DNA of 64,000 nucleotides from Deltaproteobacteria bacterium (GTDB lineage: Bacteria; Desulfobacterota; WTBG01; JAGOGO01), in assembly GCA_017996625.1 (NCBI GenBank), contig JAGOGO010000001.1, forward strand, positions 2,336-66,335. Reading direction: 5' to 3'. Shown here in pieces: positions 57,256 to 64,000 of this stretch. A model generated the notes under the pieces. The model saw nothing but the letters and a program-made list of their open reading frames with translations, was not told the origin of the DNA and ran no database searches. The translations under genes were made by a program, and so were the position numbers. Position 1 is the first letter of the stretch; each line of letters starts with the position of its first letter.

Positions 57256-57987
57256 GTGATCCCAAGCAGCCTTTCGAGAAAATTCAGAGAAAACTTCCTT
57301 GATCCGTGGCAGGAACATCTCCATGCCGAAAAAGCAGGAAAGACTCCGTTAAGCATTGCAGTGATAAACCAGAAAGGAGGCGTCGGCAAGACAACTATTG
57401 CCATCAATTTGGCTGCAGCAATTGCTCAGCATGGTAAAGATGTGCTGCTCGTCGACGGCGATCCTCAGGAATCTGTGAAGCTCTGGCATCAATCGGTTAC
57501 TGTGGAGCAGCCGTTCAGCGTTCTCGCTATTGCAGAATCAGATCGATTCAAAGGGGTTCCTGGATTTGACGAGAAGCGCCTGCACATTGTCATTGATTGC
57601 CCTCCCACCTTAAACAGAATATCTCAGCTGGCTCTCGAGGAAATCAGACTGGTGCTGATTCCCGTTACGCCATCGCCACTTGATCTCTGGAGCAGCCAAG
57701 GGACGGTAGATATGGTGCGTGAGGCGCAGCAGGAAAACCCGCAGCTCAAAGCCCGGTTCATCATTTCTCGGAAGATCGTTCAGACTACCCTGGGGGAATC
57801 GATTCGTGAAGCTCTAAGTCGATATGATATTCCTGTCCTCGAGACAGAGATTACCCAACGCGTATCTCTGGCGAAGGCGTTGATGGCAGGCAAGAACATT
57901 TTTCAGTTCGCACCCCAGAGTGAATCAGCGTTTGAATTCGAGGACCTGTATGCGGAAGTGAGCCGCCTGCGCTGGCACAAGCAGTAG
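57256..57987 (+). CDS. ParA/MinD-family P-loop ATPase (orphan, no ParB adjacent)
   Basis: Deviant Walker A NQKGGVGKTTIAINLAAA, and DGDPQES/DCPP motifs. GTG start, so the N-terminal 30 aa are uncertain. Confidence 0.75.
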   Translation: MIPSSLSRKFRENFLDPWQEHLHAEKAGKTPLSIAVINQKGGVGKTTIAINLAAAIAQHGKDVLLVDGDPQESVKLWHQSVTVEQPFSVLAIAESDRFKGVPGFDEKRLHIVIDCPPTLNRISQLALEEIRLVLIPVTPSPLDLWSSQGTVDMVREAQQENPQLKARFIISRKIVQTTLGESIREALSRYDIPVLETEITQRVSLAKALMAGKNIFQFAPQSESAFEFEDLYAEVSRLRWHKQ

Positions 57988-58089
57988 CAACGCGAGCATC
58001 TTGCCTGTGCAAGCCGGGAGCGTACAGAAGGTTTTCCTCCAAGCAGGTATGCGGAAGTCATTTGACAGCAGCCTTCTTCATTGTGACGT

Positions 58090-58192
58090 TTGTCATGTCG
58101 AGTGCTTTCCAGTGTCATTTCGAGCGTAGCGAGAAATCTCTCTTCTCCTGAGATTTCTCAGTCGTCCCGCGTGAATACTTCGAAACGACACT
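58090..58192. other. nested hairpin structure in convergent gap (ParA-like / cyclase)
   Basis: Inner perfect 10-bp stem GAGAAATCTC-(9 nt)-GAGATTTCTC. Outer arms TGTCATTTCGAG / CTTCGAAACGACA. Direct repeat TGTCATGTCGAG / TGTCATTTCGAG upstream. Confidence 0.45.
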
Positions 58193-58312
58193 CTCCTGCC
58201 GACCTTCGGAAATAATACTGCCTCTGCGCCACAGTTCTTTCGGATACCTGCCTAGAAGGCATTCCATTTGAAGCTAATGGCGATTCAGCCATGTTTCAGC
58301 GTATCCTGCCTT

Positions 58313-60580
58313 TCATTTTGTTTTGCACGTGAATATACCATCCCAATTTTCCGGCACCGATGTTTGCCGGCACGCTTGGCATCGGGAGAGGTAAACACGC
58401 GCCGGCTGGTCGTGCGGATTTATTTCCAATACCTGCCGAAACGAGTCTTCTGCCTGTCTCCATTCCTGATTGCGATAGAAACTAAGTCCCTGATGAAAGC
58501 GCCGCACCATCCGGCAAACACGTTCAGGCATATCGAGGTATCCCATCAGTTCGTAGATCCGGAGCGGAAGCTTTTTCCCAGTAACCAGCACGTCATCGAG
58601 TTCTCGACAGGAAAAATGATTTTTTACCTGCTCATAGGTATATTCACTGATAATGATGTGTGTGCCATACAGCTTGTTTAGTCCTTCCAGCCGAGAGCCG
58701 AGGTTGACCGCGTCACCTAGTACGGTATAGTCGAAACGCAGTGCCGAACCCATGTTGCCCACTGCCATTATGCCAGTGTTGATACCAATCCCGATATCGA
58801 ACGAAAGGCTTCCTTCGGCTGCCCACTTTCCCTGAAGCATATGGAGCTTCGTGACCATGTCGAGTGCTGCACGACAGCATCGGAGCGCGTGATCATGCTG
58901 CTCAATCGGAGCACCAAAGATAGCCATGATTGCGTCGCCGATATACTTATCCAGTGTTCCCTCCTGTTGAAAAATGATTCTGGTCATAGCGGTGAAATAG
59001 TCGTTCAGCAGCCGCACCAGTTCGTCGGGAGAAAGCTGTTCCGAGATGGTCGTGAAGCCCCGAATATCCGCAAAGAGTACGCTCAACTCTTTTTTTTCGC
59101 CGCCGAGCTGCAGTTTTTCCGGGTGTCTGAGCATCTCTGCCACTACGGTTGGTGGAACATATACACTGAAGGTATCGCGAATCTTTGCTTTCTCTCGCTC
59201 TTCAGTGCGGTAGCAAAAGAGGGTTATTCCGGTGTATACCGAAGCAATGGTCATCATCGGATAGACAAGATTGAGCCAGATGCGGAGCGTATGAAAAATA
59301 ATGTGATCAAGAAAAAGGTACAGCGCTATAAATGCACCTGTCCCCAGTATGCCGTAGAGTGCGCGAATACGAGGCAGAATAAGCGAGTACGCCAGCCCCA
59401 GAATGATGATTATTCCGTATTCGATTAGCGAACACCAGGCTGGACGGCGGAGGAAGTCTCCCTGCAGGACAGTGTCAATGATGGTGGCGTGGATTTCCGG
59501 CCCAGGAAAAACACCGTCCAAGGGAGTCGAACACCAGTCGGTGATTCCTTTTGCAGTGGCCCCAATAATAACCATCTTATCTTGAAACGTTTGCGGATCA
59601 ATTCGCTGGTTGATTACATCCGCGCATGAGTATGAAGGAAAGGTGCGGCTTGGCCCGCGATAGTGTACCAGCATGAAACCATTTTCATCAGTAGGAATCT
59701 CTTGGCCTCTGATCCAGACCCCGCGGATGCCCTGTTCCTCGATCGTGAGGATCGGCTCTTCGCCAAAGTAGCGATGCAGCATCCGGAGAGCGAGAGGAGG
59801 AAAGAATTCGCCTCCGCATATCATTACGAGTGGAACCTGACGGACGACGCCGTCGGTGTCGGGACAGATGTTGAAGTAGCCTGAACCCTGGGCAGCGGCG
59901 CAGAAGTATGAGAGATTGGCTTCGGCAGCATAGGCTTCAGGAAAACGTATCTTTGTGGCGGCAGAAGAACCGTACTTTACAGCATACGCTGATCCAATAA
60001 CGCTTTCGAAGTTCAGATGCTGTCGTCCCGGAGCAATATGTCGCGCCTCCTGAGCGTCGGTGTGAAAAAAATATCCCAGAATCACCCGCCCTGATCGAGC
60101 GATGCTTTCAGCCAGCACGTGATCTGTATCAGCTTTTTCTTGTATCTGTTTCAGATATGTCGCAAGAGCAGCATTCTTCACAGCTAGTTTGCCGATTTCC
60201 TGCCGGATCGCTTGTACCTGCTGCACAATGCTGTTTTCATCCGGTTCGGAAAAAACGATATCAAACCCGACAACCCCGGCTCCGTAGCTGCTCAGGATGC
60301 TGATCAATTCGGCAATGCGGTTGCGCGGCCACGGCCAGCGGCCTATCTCATCCACACTCTTTTCATCAATGGCTACTATAACAACTCGGTCGAGAGGCTT
60401 GGTTTTCGCTTGTGTTCTCAGACGCAGATCGTAGAGATTTCTTTCGAACTGATCCAAGAAACCAATTTGCAGAAAACGTACCATGAGGCAGCAGATCGTT
60501 ATGATGATCCCAATTCGAAAAGGGGTAACTGTCGGCAGGTGGCTGACGATGAAGCGTCTTGAGAGCCTAAACGAGCGCAT
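58313..60580 (-). CDS. CHASE2 sensor domain-containing class III adenylate/guanylate cyclase with C-terminal TPR
   Basis: 755 aa. N-terminal TM plus CHASE2 periplasmic domain, TM cluster, cyclase homology domain (LSVLFADIRGFTTISEQL...YIGDAIMAIFGAP), C-terminal TPR-like segment. Confidence 0.85.
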   Translation of the reverse strand: MRSFRLSRRFIVSHLPTVTPFRIGIIITICCLMVRFLQIGFLDQFERNLYDLRLRTQAKTKPLDRVVIVAIDEKSVDEIGRWPWPRNRIAELISILSSYGAGVVGFDIVFSEPDENSIVQQVQAIRQEIGKLAVKNAALATYLKQIQEKADTDHVLAESIARSGRVILGYFFHTDAQEARHIAPGRQHLNFESVIGSAYAVKYGSSAATKIRFPEAYAAEANLSYFCAAAQGSGYFNICPDTDGVVRQVPLVMICGGEFFPPLALRMLHRYFGEEPILTIEEQGIRGVWIRGQEIPTDENGFMLVHYRGPSRTFPSYSCADVINQRIDPQTFQDKMVIIGATAKGITDWCSTPLDGVFPGPEIHATIIDTVLQGDFLRRPAWCSLIEYGIIIILGLAYSLILPRIRALYGILGTGAFIALYLFLDHIIFHTLRIWLNLVYPMMTIASVYTGITLFCYRTEEREKAKIRDTFSVYVPPTVVAEMLRHPEKLQLGGEKKELSVLFADIRGFTTISEQLSPDELVRLLNDYFTAMTRIIFQQEGTLDKYIGDAIMAIFGAPIEQHDHALRCCRAALDMVTKLHMLQGKWAAEGSLSFDIGIGINTGIMAVGNMGSALRFDYTVLGDAVNLGSRLEGLNKLYGTHIIISEYTYEQVKNHFSCRELDDVLVTGKKLPLRIYELMGYLDMPERVCRMVRRFHQGLSFYRNQEWRQAEDSFRQVLEINPHDQPARVYLSRCQACRQTSVPENWDGIFTCKTK

Positions 60581-60768
60581 GTGGAAGTTTCTCCGAAGGG
60601 CCAGAAGTCAATTGTAGATCGACGGCAACGGTATTTTCAGGCTTCGACCGAACCAGGAGGTGATGCAATAAGGGATGAGAGAGCTGGTGCGTTCCTCCCT
60701 CCCTGCAATTTGCTCGTGCGGATCGCAGTCCTCCGAGGTCGATACTGAGCCGCAACGGAAAAAGTACA

Positions 60769-62895
60769 CTACTTGCAAGCCGCACGGGAAAACCATCCGG
60801 CATCAGTGTTGGCAGGAGCTTCGATTTCGCCGGGCATAAACATCCGGGCAGGAATAAGGAGCTCCACGGTCTGATCGCTCACGTTCTGTATCCAATATCC
60901 TCTCCATGGCTCCAGAAGATCTGAAGGAACATAGGTGTTGTTTTCATATTTCCAGAGCACCGGAGTAGTCCAGATATTCTGCGGTGCGGTCACAAGTGTT
61001 GTGAATGCTCCATTGCGTACCCATACTTCACGCCAGGCAACCGGAAAAGGGAAAGGGCATCCGATCTGGACATATCCTGGGGGGATAGAGAGAACGAAAT
61101 TCTTTTCCATGCTTACAGGAAAGCCGTTTGCGCTCAGGGGCGTGTCCCAGGTGGTAATAAGCCAATACCCTATGTCAGGAGTGACGTCAGGGACATCGGG
61201 ATATTCATGGTACGCTGTATCCTTTGGTGAATACCAGAAAAGCCTCCAACGTGAAGGATCATATGGTCCTAGTTCATCCTTCAGCACCGCCACCGGATCA
61301 GGGTTGGAAGGATACAGCGGGAAGGAAATCATATCGTATACCATGTCAGGAAAAGGCGTGGGGGTCATGCAACATACTTCGCCCTGAGCATCAGTAACAA
61401 ATCCGAAAACCGGATAGGCTGCTGCACCATATACGTTACGGGCAACTACCGTCCAAAAATAGCATTGATAAGGAGCAAGAAATATTTCCTCCGGCCGGGG
61501 TCCAGAGCTTGCGTCGACACAGAAGAGTGGCTCGTTGAGATCACGTATGGTATGCTCGACAGAAGCAAGAAGAGGATCGCGACTTACATAGAGATCGTAG
61601 AGAGTAGCGTTTTGTGCAGCTGGCCATGAGAAACAGAGGTCATCAGGGCCTATTCCGACAGCCCCCTGTCCCGGATAGAGCTGTTGTGCGGGCAAGGGAT
61701 CGGGAATCAGGGGCAATGAGGGGTAAACGAAAACGGTAGCCGTTTCCTGGTCCATCAGAGATCCGTCACTCACTTCAAAGGTGATGAAATGGGATCCGAC
61801 CTGTTCCAAGTGAGGAGTCCATTGGAATACGGCACTTTCAGCAGAAAAGGATGCCCCGGATGGAAGGCTTTCGGCTCGAAACATTAGTGGATCCATATCC
61901 GGATCTGTGGCGGTGACCGAAAAACTGAGCGTGGCGCTTGACATGATCCGGTGATTTCCTATTGGGTTAAGCATCGGAGGTTGATTGAGATTATTCACGG
62001 TGATGGTAGTTGATGCATAGGCCATGCTTGTACCATCCGAAACGAAAAAAGCTGCCTCATAGGTTCCGGCCTGATCAAACGTTGGCGTCCATGAAAACAG
62101 AGGCGGTGTCGTGAATGTATCGAATGAAGCGCCGGTAGGCAGACTTGTAGCTCCATAGGTGAGAGGATCGCTGTCCGGATCCTGGCCGACAACTGGTATC
62201 GTCAGCAGCACAGTCTCGGTAGCCTGGTAGTGTTCAGCCATGGTAAGGAGTGGCGGATGGTTTACGTTGACAACCGTGACGGTCATGGTCTTGGAAGCAA
62301 CTGCATCTCCGTCGCTGACCACAAAAGTGATGATGTAGGTGCCGGCTTGAGCGTATGTGGGTGTCCAGGAAAACGTCTGACCAACGAACGTTGCGCCCTC
62401 AGGAAGATTAGACGCCGAGAAATGCAGGATGTCTCCGTCGGCGTCAGAAGCGGAAATGGTACGGCGGATTCTCTCGTTTTCATTCACTGTGCAGCTGCCA
62501 AGGGAATCTATGGCGGGTGGTGTGTTTGCGCTGAAATATGCCATAACCGAATAAACGCCATCCACCAGCAGCGTTGCCGGATTGGAGGTGGAATTCAGGC
62601 TGCCGCTCCAGTGACTGAACCGTTGCCCCGATTCTGGATAAGCCCTGAGCGTGACCGACGTTGGTGAAACAAATGCTTCATTGCAGTCTCCCGGACAGGC
62701 AATATACATGCCCGTGTCCCGAACCGAACCGGACCCGGAAATGTTTACGGAAAGATCATAGAGAAATCCGTACACCTCTGTGGGCACAAGAGGGAAGAAA
62801 CCTGTCAAAATGAAAACGGAGAGTAAAACGAGGTTTTTTGAGGTCGGTTTGTCGATTTGCACTTCCGGGCCTCCTTCGAGAAAACAGTTGTTCAC
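60769..62895 (-). CDS. secreted protein with tandem Ig-like (He_PIG / cadherin-like) repeats
   Basis: 708 aa. Signal peptide (LVLLSVFILTGFFPLVP), then at least three repeats of a ~95-aa module (DADGDILHFSASNLPEGATF...FSWTPT; DPDSDPLTYGATSLPTGASF...FSWTPT; DPDMDPLMFRAESLPSGASF...FQWTP). C-terminal W/Y-rich beta-rich domain ending in CK. Confidence 0.6.
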   Translation of the reverse strand: MNNCFLEGGPEVQIDKPTSKNLVLLSVFILTGFFPLVPTEVYGFLYDLSVNISGSGSVRDTGMYIACPGDCNEAFVSPTSVTLRAYPESGQRFSHWSGSLNSTSNPATLLVDGVYSVMAYFSANTPPAIDSLGSCTVNENERIRRTISASDADGDILHFSASNLPEGATFVGQTFSWTPTYAQAGTYIITFVVSDGDAVASKTMTVTVVNVNHPPLLTMAEHYQATETVLLTIPVVGQDPDSDPLTYGATSLPTGASFDTFTTPPLFSWTPTFDQAGTYEAAFFVSDGTSMAYASTTITVNNLNQPPMLNPIGNHRIMSSATLSFSVTATDPDMDPLMFRAESLPSGASFSAESAVFQWTPHLEQVGSHFITFEVSDGSLMDQETATVFVYPSLPLIPDPLPAQQLYPGQGAVGIGPDDLCFSWPAAQNATLYDLYVSRDPLLASVEHTIRDLNEPLFCVDASSGPRPEEIFLAPYQCYFWTVVARNVYGAAAYPVFGFVTDAQGEVCCMTPTPFPDMVYDMISFPLYPSNPDPVAVLKDELGPYDPSRWRLFWYSPKDTAYHEYPDVPDVTPDIGYWLITTWDTPLSANGFPVSMEKNFVLSIPPGYVQIGCPFPFPVAWREVWVRNGAFTTLVTAPQNIWTTPVLWKYENNTYVPSDLLEPWRGYWIQNVSDQTVELLIPARMFMPGEIEAPANTDAGWFSRAACK

Positions 62896-63069
62896 TCGCG
62901 GGAAAGAGATATATGCTCAGGCTGAATAAATTTCCGCTGAGTGACGTCAACTCACGCTAATCTGAGAAGCCAAACGATTCTCAAGTCAGATACAGCTGGG
63001 TACGATGAACAGCCGGCGGTTCTTTTTGTATAAGTCGGCATAACGTGCTTTATCTTTAGTGAAAAAGCT

Positions 63070-64000
63070 ATGCTGGAACATGACGGAATACCGAAAAACT
63101 TTGTGCGAATTACCAGCAATGGTTTCTATCTGCCGGAACTTGACGGGCTGCGTTTTCTTGCCATTGCCTCGGTTTTTCTGTTCCACGTGTACGCCTACCT
63201 CACAGCGCACCAGAACATTTTTTCTGGTACCGCTGCGGAGTATGATCTGCTCCAGCGTTTTTTGAGAAATGGAGGTGCCGGAGTCCCCCTCTTCTTCGTT
63301 ATCAGCGGCTTTACTATTTCTCTGCCGTTTGCGTCTCATAGCATCTGCAGAACCTCGCCGCCAGACCTCACCTATTACTTCTGTCGCCGCCTGACCCGTA
63401 TCGAAGCCCCCTATGCCCTTTGCATGGTGATATTTGCCAGCGTTCTAGCGCTGACGGGAACCTATCCCATGGTGGAGGTTCTGCATCGAATGGGCGCAGG
63501 CCTGCTGTATTTGAACAGCGTGCTCTATGGTGGAAGCATGAGTATTATCAATGAAGTGGTGTGGTCGCTGGAAGTGGAAGTCCAATTCTATGTCCTGGCA
63601 CCGGTTCTCTGCATGAGTTTCGCTCTCGGACGGATGCTCAGGAGAGGATTGTTTATCGGAGCTATGCTGGTTGCGGCGCTTCTACAGTGCTGCAGCAGCA
63701 CATGGGTTTTTAGCCCGCTTACGGTTGTGGGAAATCTCCAGTACTTTGCTGCCGGTTTGTTGATTGCCGATTTGTATCTCACTCGAGGGGCGCCAGGTAC
63801 GAGCAGGCAGAAGCTGATCATTGACGGTGTTGGCTGTGCTGTAATTCCCCTCATTTTCTATTTTGGATGGAAGACTCCAACATCAAGATTCCTGACACCG
63901 TTTCTGATGGTCTTGCTGTGCTACGGGGTTCTTAGAGGTGTTGTGCTTCGCCGGCTCTTTTCTTTCTCCTGGATAGTCCTGGTTGGAAGCATGTGCTATT
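63070..64000 (+). CDS. acyltransferase family 3 membrane protein (3' end beyond window)
   Basis: ATG at 63070. FYLPELDGLRFLAIASVFLFHVY and GGAGVPLFFVISGF motifs of OafA-type acyltransferases. Open to the window end (frame 63070). Confidence 0.7.
   Translation, partial: MLEHDGIPKNFVRITSNGFYLPELDGLRFLAIASVFLFHVYAYLTAHQNIFSGTAAEYDLLQRFLRNGGAGVPLFFVISGFTISLPFASHSICRTSPPDLTYYFCRRLTRIEAPYALCMVIFASVLALTGTYPMVEVLHRMGAGLLYLNSVLYGGSMSIINEVVWSLEVEVQFYVLAPVLCMSFALGRMLRRGLFIGAMLVAALLQCCSSTWVFSPLTVVGNLQYFAAGLLIADLYLTRGAPGTSRQKLIIDGVGCAVIPLIFYFGWKTPTSRFLTPFLMVLLCYGVLRGVVLRRLFSFSWIVLVGSMCY

Noticed and set aside
1-64000. tRNA, rRNA, tmRNA, RNase P or group II intron signatures
   Set aside because: No cloverleaf-compatible segments with conserved GTTC-N-A or T-loop motifs were found by eye in intergenic gaps longer than 70 bp, and no rRNA-like conserved blocks. 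Absence is by inspection only and is not a computed scan.

Overview
This is a 64 kb window of bacterial chromosome, roughly 50% GC, gene-dense, with no rRNA, tRNA or CRISPR recognisable by eye. It is a core-genome region. Recognisable genes, in order: valS (5' truncated), nadC, coaX, divIVA, a DUF167 protein, mutM, a rhodanese and MauE/DoxX membrane-protein pair, glmU and glmS (minus strand), and mutS then mutL (MutL has the DQHAxxExxxxE endonuclease motif). After these come a polysaccharide cluster (epimerase, GT2, GT4, priming sugar transferase), an M23 peptidase, dtd, mobA, a Mur ligase, a PxxKW-type cysteine-rich protein, bioB, an archaeal-type ThyA-like protein, a PAS protein, dnaA, rarA (minus strand), iorA, a PflX-like radical SAM protein, a GerMN protein coupled to an EF-G paralog, glcF and glcD homologues (minus strand), a split transketolase, ftsE, ftsX, an EnvC-like M23 protein, ctpA, DUF948 and YtxH proteins, a secreted caspase-like protease, an HU/IHF protein, bioF then bioA (minus strand), an orphan ParA, a CHASE2 adenylate cyclase, a large Ig-like-repeat secreted protein and an acyltransferase-3 gene (3' truncated). 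The gene content (Iorα, GlcDF-like Fe-S/FAD enzymes, radical SAM proteins) suggests an anaerobe, but the taxon cannot be assigned from sequence alone. The most unusual non-coding signal is a family of at least seven intergenic elements placed directly after stop codons. Each has a purine-rich arm (AGTGAA / AGTAAGAAG / GGAGAATGG-type) followed by the complementary pyrimidine-rich arm, and some carry GGTGAAC repeats. Two loci 33 kb apart share an exact 17-mer. Other items for the hunt are a 33-bp tandem repeat, a 19-bp inverted-repeat pair, an 820-bp AT-rich non-coding gap, a caspase/DUF948/YtxH module and a ThyA-like/PxxKW neighbourhood next to bioB. No clearly novel multi-gene system could be established. 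The candidates are listed below with honest confidence.
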